A stretch of DNA of 64,000 nucleotides from Zootoca vivipara (Eukaryota), in contig NC_083282.1 of assembly GCF_963506605.1 (NCBI RefSeq), positions 52,266,001 through 52,330,000 of the forward strand, given 5' to 3'. The notes beneath the pieces are model-generated. The model made no database searches and was not told the DNA's origin. It saw nothing but the letters and a program-made list of their open reading frames with translations. A program made the position numbers and the translations under genes. This document shows, one piece after another, positions 13,212 through 26,255 of this stretch. Every line of letters begins with the position of its first letter. Position 1 is the stretch's first letter.

Positions 13212-14527
13212 TGATGGACTGATAGCATCAAACTGGAAGTCAAGGCCAAAAGGAGGCTGGGGTAGGCTAGCCACTCACACTGATTTTGCTTCTCTGTCTC
13301 GGATTAACAGCGATCATCATGGGGATGGTTCAGTCCCAGTCCCCATATGAACTGCAGGTTTTAATATACTGATTAAAAGCATTCGTCAACCACAAAACTT
13401 GGAAGTGCCCCGAGTTAACAGCTGATTGTAGTCTTGGTTGGAGAGCCCAGCTCTTTAGCTTAAGCTGCAGAATTCTCGAGACTCTCTGCACTTAATATAT
13501 CACATGTTGTATTTTGTCTCTTGGATACAGATGTGCTAATAAAAACAAATGCATTTACAGCGTAATGTTAATAATTACTACTCAACCATTTACAATCAGG
13601 GCTATTTATATGAAGTGCCAACTTCTTTGGGATATGAGATGTCAGAAATCATGTGCATGTGTTTAAATGATTGTTTTAAAATCATTCACCCTACATTTAC
13701 ACTTCTCTAGCCACATTGGGCACTACAGTAGTGGTGATGCTGTGATGAATATGCGTTACGTTGGAAGCTGGCAGTGGGCAGTCAATTATACACTTGATTC
13801 ATCTAATGTGAAGTTTGCACTGAACTACTGTATTTATCCCACATGATCAACATGGCAAATTGGTAGTTTGAACTGATACTCATACTATGCCCATCACAGT
13901 GATATCTAATCATTACCATGACATCATCCATAAGCTTTGTAGAAGAGTTATGATTTATTGTTTTTCCTTAAAGGAAAGAAGAAAGAACGGCTGAATTAGC
14001 AAAGTAGAAAAATTGCTAGGTCTCGTAGCTATACCTACGGTAGATTTACATAAATACCTAGATTTACATAAAGTTTTTGGAGTGTTCAAAGCATTTCACA
14101 GTTTTCTGTGAAATTTATATATCACTTGATGGTAAGAAACAAAATTCAATGCGGTTGCATCTTGTCATCCTCACAACCACCCTATAAGAAAGATCAGTAA
14201 GGGTGTTGCTCTCTTATTGAAGTTGGGGGAAACTGAGGCTGGGAGAAAGTGACTTCTATAAGGCTGCTTAATGAGTTCATGGAAGAGCTGAGATAAATAT
14301 TAGGTGTCAAGGCTGACAGCTCTCAGAGGTGAGCCAAGAGCAGGAAACTTTGAGTTGAACCAGGGTGACAAAGCCAAGGGCCAGGGCCAGAGTTAGCACA
14401 GAAGCACACCAGAGCCAGGATGACCTTGCTGCTCATGCAAGATCCCAGCCCAAACGGGAAGTCTTCCTAACCTTTCTTGTTCAGGAGGGCCCAAAGCCCA
14501 GCCTGGGTGGATGAAGCCAGTCTAGAA

Positions 14528-14662
14528 CAGGCTTCCTCAACCTCGGCCCTCCGGATATTTTGAGACTACAATTCCCATCATCCCTGACCACTGGTCCTGC
14601 TAGCTAGGGATCATGGGAATGGTAGGCCAAAAAATCTGGAGGGCCAAGGTTGAGGAAGCCTG
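14528..14662. mobile_element. hAT MITE, terminus variant caggcttcctcaacc
   Basis: TIRs; TSD gtctagaa. Confidence 0.92.
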
Positions 14663-15786
14663 GTCTAGAACCTGATAATACTTCACTGCCAGAAACAACT
14701 GCCAGCTGCAGTTCTGATAGTTAACTGCTTGGGGCAACTGCCTGCAGAACAAACAGTTCTCAGTTGTTAGCTCTGACAGCTCTCTGATATGTAGTTCAGT
14801 CTCATAGCCATTCTGCTAGATAAGCTCTATGCAAGCAGAGCAGAAGACTCCAACATCAGCTTTGTCAGGAACAGGCTCATCTGTGTTTGATGTTGACGGT
14901 CAGGCTTAGTTTTGTTGGAGACCATGTCAGTTGGAGAAGCTGCAGCAAAACCAGACAAGCTTTTTGATGCAAACATCAAAGACCTTTCAAAAGCCTGCGA
15001 AACTCTAATGCCAAGTAGAGGCAGCTAATGCATATCCCTAACAATTTACCGAAGTAAAAGAGGGAAATATCTTGCCACAACAACCCACAGGACTCGCCTT
15101 TTCTTGTCATTTCTTGTGTCTTGGTTTTACCACCTCATCCTTGGCATTTATTTTCAGTTGCTTGGAATAACCTCTAAGAAAAGCTAAAAAGCCAAGAAAG
15201 AAAGAGTTCTTGTTTTTGCCATGAAATTTGCAGTCTCCAGCTGGCAAAGGATTCTGTTTTGATTTGTCTGTCCCCCCCAATCCCTGCTTTAGCCACAATA
15301 GTTTATTTCTTTGGAGTTTCTGTGCACCTGGCACAATTCAAAATGGTCTGAATTGATTGAACCATGATCTCCTGCATTGTAATCCTAGATCTGACTCCCG
15401 CTTCCTAATGATTAGAGTGGGATGGGGGACCTGTGGCCCACCAGATGTTGCTGTTGTTGGACTCCAATTCTCATCAGCCCCCAGCTAGTGTTGCCAGTGG
15501 TCAGGGATTGTGGGAGTTGCAACCCAACAACATCTGGAGTGCCACAAGTTCCCAGCACTTGGATTGTTTTGGTTTTTTTAAAATTACTTTCTTGCTAATT
15601 ATTGACAATTCTTTTCTGCCTTGCGCAGGCAAGGGATAGCGAGAGTGCTTTTGTTCATGTGACGAGCTGATTTCATTTACATATGTAATTTCTAATACAA
15701 CATAATTGCCCTTTGAGCATATGTATTTGTTATCTTCTGGGCAAGATAACAAGGCCAGCAAGGTTGTGATCCATAAGAAGCAAACA

Positions 15787-15910
15787 AAAAAATTCCTTCA
15801 GTAGCACCTTAAAGACCAACTAAGTTTTTATTTTGGTATGAGCTTTCGTGTGCATGCACACTTCTTCAGATACACTTCGACCCAGACCAACACGGCTACC
15901 TACCTGTAAC
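15787..15910. mobile_element. Penelope-like element (PLE) pLTR fragment, internally inverted
   Basis: 12-bp TSD aagaagcaaaca (15775-15786, 15911-15922); gtagcaccttaaagaccaac and cagaccaacacggctac motifs typical of reptile PLE ends; hammerhead motif inside. Confidence 0.75.
15836..15873 (-). ncRNA. Minimal type I hammerhead ribozyme motif
   Basis: Minus strand: GUAU-CUGAAGA-A-GUGUGCAUGCACAC-GAAA-GCUC-AUAC; core boxes CUGANGA and GAAA, helix I GUAU/AUAC, palindromic helix II, short AGCU helix III. Confidence 0.75.
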
Positions 15911-15947
15911 AAGAAGCAAACAGTAATCCTCAACTCTTGCAGTAGAG

Positions 15948-16268
15948 CAGGGGTCAGCAAACTTTTTCAGCAGGGGGCTGGTCCACTGTCCCTCAGACCT
16001 TGTGGGGGGCCAGACTATATTTTGGAAAAAAATATGAATGAATTCCTATGCCCCACAAATAACCCAGAGATGCATTTTAAATAAAAGGACACATTCAACT
16101 CATGTATAAACACCAGACAGGCCCCACAAATAACTCAGAGATGCATTTTAAATAAAAGGACACATTTTACTCAAGTAAAAACATGCTGATTCCTGGACCA
16201 TCCGTGGGCCAGATTTAGAAGGTGATTGGGCCGCATCTGGCCCCCGGGCCTTAGTTTGGGGACCCCTG
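15948..16268. mobile_element. Non-autonomous hAT element with an internal tandem duplication of about 70 bp
   Basis: TIR caggggtc.caaact / agtttggggacccctg; TSD cagtagag. Confidence 0.9.
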
Positions 16269-16539
16269 CAGTAGAGTAAGGAGAGGAATTTCCTCTCAAA
16301 TGGAATGCATGAATAGTACTGTATCAGGCTCTGGTAGAAGAAATTGTCCTCATGGGGAAATGATCTAATTAAAAGGGAGAGAACCTTCCATACGATTCAT
16401 ATGATTCAAAGATACAAACCTATCATAGGTTCATGGAAGACGATGGTTTGCCATAATGTGCAAATGAGGTCAGTGACTCGCTTCAATTTCCTCTTTATTT
16501 TATTTTTGGACTCTCTCAAGCTCAGTCCTTCTTTATCCT

Positions 16540-17260
16540 CTTCCTCTGGGTAATTTGACTGTTCTTTGTCCTACAATATTTCTGATGGTATCCTCACAAA
16601 ATCCAGCATCTGTTCCCTCCGTCTTTCAAATTTTCATATAGCTACTTCTGTTTACATGTCTGATCATTGTCTTAAACTCAAACGATAGAAGTATAGTGTT
16701 TCTCACTTTTATTTCTTCCTTGTCTCTCAGTTATCAGCTGTCCAGTACGGGCATTGCCTTTAATGCTTCTCTTTCTTTCTCAGCTCACAATACTGTTTGC
16801 AAGATTCCCCCCTTTAATACTTCTCAGATTTGTCCTCTTACCTACTGATTCTACCATAACCCCTTTTCAGACTCTCATTCTGTCTTGTGTTTATTAATTG
16901 TTGGTGAGTAAGTAATGTTTTGCTTACTTGTCTTCCTGCCTCTCAGCTACCGTGCTTTGAGAATAATTCTTTTGCTTATTTATTTTTTGCAGTTGCATCA
17001 TGGTATATAACCATACACTTCTTTTTTCTGGCTTTCTTTATTGTTCTTTATACAGTTTAAACTTCTTCTAACCTTTAAATCTCTTTGTGATCTTGCCCCA
17101 TACCTGTTCTGTTCCTCGGTTCCTCCATTTATCAAATACTAATCATTTTGCTAAACTTCCACACCCCTCTGCTGTTTCCCATCTGTGCCATTCGTTATGC
17201 ATACGGTAGCATTTTCTGCCTTTGATATTCAGCTGTCCTCCACATTGTCCTGCTTTAAGA
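16540..17260 (+). mobile_element. Very degraded LINE (L2-like) fragment
   Basis: Pyrimidine-rich, L2-like motifs (cttaaactcaa, cttctaacctttaaatctct); no ORF. Confidence 0.4.
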
Positions 17261-17699
17261 AAAAGATTTCTCTCTCTTTTATTTCCTTCTTGAAGATCCC
17301 TCTGATTTTTTTTAAAAGAATCACTTTTATCAATTAATTACTGAAGAGGTGTTATCGTGTTGCTGTAATTCTTTTGCTTCACACACAGCACATGCAATCC
17401 CCACCCCCCACCCTCTACATTTCCTTGGCTTTTGCCTCGTATGTGAGCTCATGGGCAGATCAATAAATCACAACAAATGGCATTTTCTGATTCTCAGGTT
17501 ATGATGAGTTCTATCACATTAAGCAGATATGCCTGTTTTTATTCTACTGTCCTGCTCCCTGTGAGACCAAAGAGAAAAGCAGGAGGAACTGGAGAAAAGC
17601 AGTGGAGAAACTGGCTGGAATTACTGGAGACTGAAGGGATAGGCTGACTCAGGCACCCATTCTCAGAGTCTCCCTTCCCTTATAAGTTAGTTGTTTTCT

Positions 17700-19123
17700 A
17701 AATTATTTATTTTTTGTCAGAATGGTTATTGACATAGCACATAAAGTTGCAGTAAGAATGATAAGTGTAATATATAAAAATAGAAAAATAAAATGAGAAT
17801 ACAAAGGGGAGTGGAAAACCAGGAAACAATTGAGAGTGCAAAGCTGCATACAATTGTCACATATAAGAAGAAAAAGATGAGTCGATTTAGTTCTCAATAA
17901 AGCCTCTCCACTTATTTATCTGTAAAGCAGGAGGTTTAGTGGGCTGTGCAGATAAGTTAACATAGGAGAAAAACTTATACCAATAAAAATAAAAGTTGTC
18001 TATTTTTGATGAACCATTAAGGGCTCTCCGCTTGTATGTCAGGTGTTCTGAAGTGCAATGTCCCATACTTTTGCTAGCCGCCTCTGTTGGGAAGCAGGTG
18101 AGTCGGATTTCCAGTGGGAAACCACTGGCATTTTGGCTGCGGCAAGAAGCATAAACAGAGATTTATGCATAGTGGATGAATTGGTACCACACTACAAGGA
18201 TAGGAACACTAGGAGGTGATGGTGGAAATAGTGTCAAAAATTGGGGTCCAGAAACTCTGAACTATGCAGCAATTCCACCACATATGAAGCAATGGTCCAA
18301 TGTTTCCACAACCCCACCAACAAAAATTAGAGTAACCTTTGCTAATTCTGGATAGGCAGAGTAGAGTCCAATGCCATCTTAACACTGTTTTCAGCGTAAT
18401 GCCATCTTAACACTGTTTTCAGCGTGACTTCCTGTATTCTTACAGAAATCATTTTAAGTGGGGGGTTTGGACCACATCTTACCACAGTTGTTCCTCTATT
18501 GTGAAACCCAGCTCACTCTCCCATACTAATCATAGTCCCTGAAAAGAGCCTGATTCCATGCTAAGTAAAATTCTATATACAGTGGTACCTCTAGTTGCGG
18601 ACTTTCAGCTTACGAATGCAGCAAACCCGGAAGTGTTTACTTCTGGGTTCACCATGCGCAGAAGCGATCTGCGTGCTTTGCACATGCACAAAAGCGATCT
18701 GCGCACTTCGCACATGCGCAGACGCGCTTGATCGCGCCACACACATGTGTGGAAGAGGCGCTCTAGTTGCGGACTTTTCGGGGTGCGAGCAGCATCCCGG
18801 AACGGATTAAGTCCACAACTAGAGGTACCACTGTATATTGGAAGCCATGCTCTTATTACTTGAGGTAGCATTAAGACAAAGTGATTCATAGAGTGTCAGG
18901 GAGTAGTGACCTTCTCCTTTGCTCAGCAAGAGCCAGGCAGGGTATTGTTTAATTTTTCCTTTAATGAAGTTGCTGAAATAGGACAACCATTAGGCAGAAT
19001 ATATTTGATCCTATATATTCCCTTTAGTTTCCAACATCAATACTGGAGGTATTTGTCATTAAAACAGAATGCTGGATGGTCCAGAACGGGTGTTAATGTT
19101 TTAAAATAACATTATAGCATTAT
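17700..19123 (-). mobile_element. Degraded L1/Tx1 ORF2 remnant, interrupted by a Tigger-like MITE
   Basis: Minus strand about 18269-18322 encodes the zinc knuckle CWWGCGNIGPLLHMWWNC (CX3CX7HX4C). Confidence 0.7.
18580..18833. mobile_element. Tc1/mariner-pogo (Tigger-like) MITE
   Basis: TIR cagtggtacctctagttg(c/t)ggactt; TA TSD; internal repeats of about 30 bp. Confidence 0.88.
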
Positions 19124-19293
19124 NNNNNNNNNNNNNNNNNNNNNNNNNNNNNNNNNNNNNNNNNNNNNNNNNNNNNNNNNNNNNNNNNNNNNNNNNNNNN
19201 NNNNNNNNNNNNNNNNNNNNNNNNNNNNNNNNNNNNNNNNNNNNNNNNNNNNNNNNNNNNNNNNNNNNNNNNNNNNNNNNNNNNNNNNNNNNN
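19124..19293. other. Assembly gap (170 N)
   Basis: Run of n. Confidence 1.
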
Positions 19294-20499
19294 TTAGTGC
19301 TAATTAAAAGATTATGTGAGAGGAAAACCTGGTTCATAATATGGCGTCCACTGCAAAGGGTTATACTGTAATGAATGTTTGTTGAGCTATGATAGGTTTA
19401 ATTTCTCAGTATGTCATTGCCTTTGTCAAAAACCGCATGACTTTAAAAAGAGTAATGCTAAAGGCTTGGAGATTGTTCTGTTTTGAAAAAGCCAGACTTT
19501 CTACCATTGGAGAGATGGGATAACCAGAGGATGAGAATGCTCAGATGATGAAGTTGTGTAGATGCCCTGTAAAAAGTGAATCCACAAAGCATGGCAGTTC
19601 CACCTAATGTGGAAGCACCCTTTGTTTTACTACATTCAGGATGGGAAAGAATGTGTCCAGCTGATCATTTAAATCTTAAATCTTCCACTGGTAGTTGCTG
19701 ATATAACAGTATTGTTGTTTCAGCTCCCATTCAGATATCTAGAGTCAGCCAGTTTCTGTTGAACTTTCTATGGACCTTACATGAAATTATAAGCCTTTGA
19801 CCTCCTATAGACTTCATCTCCAAATCTTACGAGCAGTCAGTGTTTGCTACCCTCTCTTGGAACTCAGGTATGTCTGGCTAGGCTCTGGTGAACTTAGTCT
19901 AGTAGCAAGCCATTGCCTTAACTATTTGTCCCAGGAGGCAGTTCTGCTGCTCAATTTTGCAGTGCTGGAGCTGCCGATTGTTTGCACTCATCTGTATGTG
20001 GATATTGAAAGTTCACTAGAAATGAGCACCATGTTCTCTATAATAATTTGTGAATAAATTTCTCTCTCTGACATACCACCATTCCTCCTTAGTGCTGCCA
20101 TGGATGCTCAGTCTATCTTTCCTATTTTTGCTTTCTAACTAAGACTGCCAGAAAGGGGGAGGTGTTGGTTAAAGTCTGCAGTGGCAGCAGTTTTTACAAT
20201 GTAAGCTGATCATAAACTGCTCCTTCTCAGAAACCGAAGCAAGCTCTTCCAAAACTCATTTCATGCATCTAGCTGGATAGCCATGAGATGGAAACACTCG
20301 ATTTTAATGACTCAGGCTGGATTCAAACCAGTAACTTAGAATTGGAGGCGCTATTATTTCTTACTTGTTCCCCTTCAAAACATGGTGTCGGTTTTAGGTG
20401 TTTTCAACCCTAGTTCTGTGGACCGCTGGGCCTCTTCATGTTTCTTCGCTACAACAAATGCACACCCAACCCCTGAACTCTACAATGAACCACCCTCCA

Positions 20500-20870
20500 T
20501 CTGTGTTGCCTCTCTGTAGTCTTTTGCAGTGCTTTGAAAGGGGGTTTGTGTAGCTTTTATAGTCTGCTTGAGTTGATGCACAGTCTTGCCACAGATACTC
20601 TAGAAAGCATTCTTCAATTGATGCTTCCTCCATACTTGAAAATATTGCAGATATACTTCCTTTGTGCTGCAGCACTGAATACAGGAAGCCACTGCGTAGA
20701 GGTTCCATCAGTAGAATTAGGGAGATGGTGTTGCATAAGGTTTTCGAGCTGCTTCTCTGAGTTGGGGTGTGTGACCCAGTCTAGCTTTCATGCCTTTTGT
20801 TCTCCATGTTCTACACACATGTAAATGGCCAATTGCAGAAGAAATCCAACATGGTCAAACATTTGATTTC
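20500..20870 (-). mobile_element. Old RTE-like LINE remnant
   Basis: Weak resemblance to the post-RT RTE region on the minus strand; no intact frame. Confidence 0.35.
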
Positions 20871-23800
20871 AAATGATGAAACATATGGAAGTCGTCCACA
20901 GGAGGCAGTGATGGCCACCAACATGGATGGCTTTAAAAGAGGATTAGACAGATTCATGTAGGGATAATGCTATCAACAGCTACAAGCCACAATGGCTGTC
21001 TTCTGCCTCCACATTCAGAGGTGGTATGCCTCTGAATAATAGCTGCTGGGAATCGCAGAGTGCTGTTATGTTCATGTCTTGATTGTATCCGGTTGGCCGC
21101 TATGAGAACAGGATACTCTATGGGGGCATTGGCCTAACCCAGCAAGTCAGCATTTCTTCTGACATTTTCTCATTGCATCGAAGACTTTGGGTTATATTAA
21201 ACACAGCATTAAAGTGATTGTTCTATCAGCACAAGGATTTCTCTTTGTGCAGCAGAACATTTCCCCCTTCTCCCGCCACCTTCCAGAGCAGATTTAGGGA
21301 CATGGGGGGTGGGGTGGGGAGATTGGGATTGGGGAGACCTGTTGTGATAGTGGTCATCCTTGTGCAGTTAGCTGAATACTGCCCTTTCTCAGCTCCTTGT
21401 ATCTTCAAGGAATGGAGGAACAGAAATAGACAGAAGTTGAACAGTTAAACTTTCATGCAGAAAAGACGTCTGAGCATGAACATGCCCCTTTCCCCATTAA
21501 ATGCACCTTGTTTACCAGAGGGGAGCTTTCTTGGGTTTCCCTCCCCACCTCAGGACCCCTCAGTGTTGTTGTTGCTGGCCCATCCACCGCCAGTATCTGC
21601 CCTGAAGTCAAGTAGCTTTTTGGCTCAGTTTTGGCACTCTGTTCTGACAGCACCTCCAAGCAAGCTTGAGATTATACCCTGGGTAGACTGTAAAATAGTC
21701 AGACAACTGTTGCGGTTGCATCAATTCCCCTCTTGACGCTGTAAAATGGCATGAGAAACCCTGCGCTTCCTATGTAGTCTTTCCCAGAAGGAGCAAACCA
21801 GCAGCTGCTTGCTTGGATACTCGTGCTCAAAATGAGATGCTTCTGAGGGAACGCGCCAGAGTATTCTGCGTGCAATCTCTTACTGGAATCACGCTGTGTG
21901 TGACCACACTAGCTGTCTCCATTCCTCCTGTCTGCCTGTGGATTTTGTTAAATAATATTTAAAATCCGTTGAGTGTTATACTGTATTCAGTGTCCACAGA
22001 ACCCAGCTTTTAGAGCTGAGGTTCTGGCAACTTTTTCTTGTCTGCAATGGTAGTGGGATAGTGAGGCTGTGGGTATCATCAGATCATTGGTTTTCCAGTT
22101 GTGATGGAGCCAAAGACCTCAGGTAGGGATGGCAGGGGGAGGAAAATATTCAGCAATTGGTTGGTTCTGAAAAGGCTTCAGCATAAAACAGGGAAAGAAG
22201 TAGAGAAGCGTATGAGAGAATGTAAGGTATTGGGAGAGCAAAGCAACTGTAGACAGAAAGAAACCAAGATTAAAAAAAAAATGTTTTCCTAGATGCCTAT
22301 CCTAGTTATTTCTCCTTGCTTATTCTTCGGGTGCTGATCCTGGACAGTGAGTATTTCATAAACCATGTTTTAGCATATTTTTGGGGCTGAGTCCCATAAA
22401 ATGTGGTTCATTTTCCAGGCTATGTGCAGCAGTAACGAACTTCTGCTGGTACTGGTTGTCGTCAACCACTAGCTCCCCTGTCCCTTGGCAATGTCTGTAA
22501 CATGCTCTGATTGTGTACATAGTTAGGCCTATAATGGCAGCCACGGTTTCCCTCTTTACACACACACACACACACACATGGAGAGAGAGGTGGGGAGCTA
22601 TACTTCCATATTACCAGTAAACAGTCACATAAACTGAATAAATTTCTGGTTATAGTTCTAGCGGACAGGGCCTAATGTGTTGTGCTGGCCTATGTTAGCC
22701 AATAAATATTTTTGTATTGGTGCGTTTATTTATGTGTGATATGCTTATAAAAAACAGTGTGAAGAGGAAGTGAGGCACATGCTGCATTTCACAATCTGTC
22801 ACTATTTCTGCTCTACTTTCAGACTTGTCTGCACAAAAGCTTTTGCGTAATCTGGAAAAACCATGATTACTTGCACCTCTGTTTTCCTATAGGGTTGAGA
22901 CTTTACTATTTACTGTACTATGCTTCAAAAAAATATATCAGAAGTGATTCATTCCAAAGACAAACGTATAGAGAGCCAACAGTAAGTGGCAAATTGTGAT
23001 TTCCTACACATTTTCCTAAATCCTTGTTCCTAAATCCTACACATTTCCCTAAATCCTTGTTCCAAGCATCTCTAAACCAGCAGCACTTGTGCTTATCACA
23101 GCCTTGCTCTGAGCATCCACTTTGCAATGTGTGACGCAGAACCCTCTTCATGTCCTAATACTACCACACGGCATGCTTTACGCAAGCTTTTAGTTGGGCA
23201 GAAGTCCCATTCTCTCTTCCTTAGCATTGCTTCGTCCCTCCTCCTTCATTAGTAGTTAAGGTCATTGGATAGTAAAAGACCTATGAAATGTCCATGATGG
23301 GTAGTGTTTAGTGGGGAAGGCTTCCATGCTTCCTTAAGATGCTTAATGTCAAATACCTCCAGATTTGAAATCCAAGCTGTGCATATATTGTTCACTGGAG
23401 CAGTGGCTAACGAATGATGGGTCCTGTTTAAGGGGTTGCTTAATGTGCTTCTGTCAGCAGTTCTTTGGCAGGAGAGGGGTTGCAAGCGCAGAGAGCTCTG
23501 CCCTCTCCTGCTACGAGATGCATTAGCCTGCCAAGAATAATAGCAGTGGCAAGGAATGAAACAGATCCGAATTGCTGCCGACAACTTTCAGAAGTCTGTC
23601 TGGGTTGGTGCTGCAGCTCTCTACATGAAGCATGAGTTCCAATATGACTTTTTTAAAATGCAAATTGCAGGCACAGGGTTGCTGGTCTGGATTAGGAACT
23701 CAGCAGGTGGCAAAGGGTTAAAGCCGCCTGCCCTCCTCCCGCATTGCTAGGTTCCAGATGGGTGGAGCCTTTGCTGACAATTTGTAAAGGCCAAAACTGT

Positions 23801-25441
23801 ATACATACTCAAGAGCGGAACCATACAGTTAGGATCAGATGTAGTTTGACCCTGCGTGTTGCCTGCGCCGTGTTATGTGAAAAAAACAGCTCAATTTGTT
23901 CACCTGCTGCTGCATCTACTGGTCTAGGTTTTCAGTATAAGAGAAGAATTGATAGTCCTCCTCCATGAATTAATATGCTGTTTTTTCTTTTCAGATTTCA
24001 ACATCAGCCTTGTATAACAAGGCAGGCAGGCAAACCCAATCCCTGTGGCTCCTAGTCTGTTTCAGCCCTTCCAGACCATGAGACAGGGGGCATGGCCCTC
24101 CTGGCTCTGGTTTCTGCCTGTGGTGGGTGGCCGACATGGAGACATGGATGCTAAAACTCGGAACTCAGCGGTCCTCTGTGCCAGAGCAAAGCACAAACAA
24201 TCCAGGGGCATGAGTCAGCAGCGGCACCCTGTTTTGTTTGCAGCTTGGATGGGCCAGACAGCAGTGTCTGTAGCTAATGCTGCCTCTGGCAGATTTACAG
24301 CACAGAGAGAGCCTGAGAGACTTTTGACCCTTCTTGAGGCCTTAGTTGGCTGCCTGCCTACAGCATCACTGAAGAATAGAGCTAGGGATATGGAATGAGA
24401 AGGCTAACTAGGGTACTGCACAACTGGAAGGATGGAGGGAAGAGGTTGGTCAATAGGGATAGCTGGAACAATCTAACTGAAGAGAAAGTTTGCTGTTTTG
24501 ATGTGGGATTTATAATGCGAAAGGTTGGAGGACACTCAGTTTTGGGCAAAATGGAACAGTGGCAGTGGAGTGAAATGGCAGGGAATGCAGTGTTAAGTGG
24601 TGATCATCTCCATAAAACATATAATGCATCCTAGAGTTTTCATCTAGTAAGGTATGAACAATAAAAGATCCATACTGTAGCACATTTTACTGATATTGAG
24701 ACTGAGGCTGTACCTGTAAGCTTTTAGCACAAAACTTACTGGTACTTTTCAAAAAAGCTTTTTGGTGGTAATCCATTGATCTCAAATAACTTGTTCTTCA
24801 TTATTTGGTATCTCTTTTGCTATGTGCATTGTATATATTTTTAATTTGTATATGTTCAATGAACTGTGGCCTAGATTGCTGTTGAAACAATTGGGAACCA
24901 GAGGTTTTTACTTAGTACACTTTCCCCGTATTCTTTAATTTCTACCCAGAGATAGATTTTCAGAAGCTGGCTGGCCGGCCCCTTGTGCCAGGGCTTTCTT
25001 GTACTTAATAATGGGAGCTTCCAGACAGCTCACATTAACGGGATCAATGTGCTGTTTCAGTATACCCAAACCTTCCATGCTAGGCATGCAAGGAACTTCA
25101 GCCACATGGCTGCTGCCAGGGACTAGTGTCTGGGTCAGGTGTGGGGTGTGCAGCCTAGTCTTCCTACTGTGAATAGGAAAAGATATGGTACTTTACTTTC
25201 CACAGAACACATCCTTTCCAAATCTGGCACCCTGTGGAGTACAACTCCCATCAGCCATAGGCAGCATGGCCAGTGATCAGAGCTGATGGGAATTGTGGTC
25301 CAGAACATGTGGAGGACACCAGATTGGGAAAGGCTACTTTACAGTAACCTGCTCCAGAAGTTATCTATGCATGCCTTTTCACAGTTAAAAGTATATACCC
25401 CCTGGAGCTTTTCCTTGCTTCCTTTGGTGTCTTTTGGGTAG

Positions 25442-25657
<216 letters not shown>

Positions 25658-25896
25658 TAAATGAAATTGTGCTATTTTGCAGAAGAGGCAGGAAACACAC
25701 AACTTAAGTCTTGTATTCTTTGGCTAAGACCTGATTTGGCAAAACCACACTGCCAATTTTTTTTTAATTTTTTTTTTAAAAAAACATTTTTAATTTTTTT
25801 ACTCTTTTTAAAAAAACTATTTAAATGTTATATATATTTTTAAAAAACCACACCTTTTTTTTTAAAAAAAAGCACATCCTTGTATCTATACACCTA

Positions 25897-26255
25897 AAGG
25901 AAAAGGTACCCTTGACCGTTAGGTCCAGTCGTGAATGACACTGGGGTTGCTTGCTCATCTCGCTCTATAGGCCGAGGGAGCCGGCGTTTGTCCGCAGACA
26001 GCTTCCGGGTCATGTGGCCAGCATGACTAAGCTGCTTCTGGCGAACCAGAGCAGCGCACGGAAACGCCATTTACCTTACCTTACCTTACCTATTTGTCTA
26101 CTTGCACTTTGACGTGCTTTCGAACTGCTAGGTTGGCAGGAGCTGGGACCGAGCAACTGGAGCTCACCCCATTGCTGGGGTTAGAACCACTGACCTTCTG
26201 ATCGGAAAGCCCTAGGCTCTGTGGTTTAGACCACACCGCCGCCCGTATTCCCATG
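25897..26255 (-). mobile_element. Sauria SINE
   Basis: Reverse (ACCTTT)n-type tail, conserved body shared with the 44891 and 63238 copies; TSD tatacaccta. Confidence 0.9.

Noticed and set aside
23975-24025. Cryptic exon after ttttttcttttcag
   Set aside because: In-frame TAA within a few codons and no GT donor nearby.
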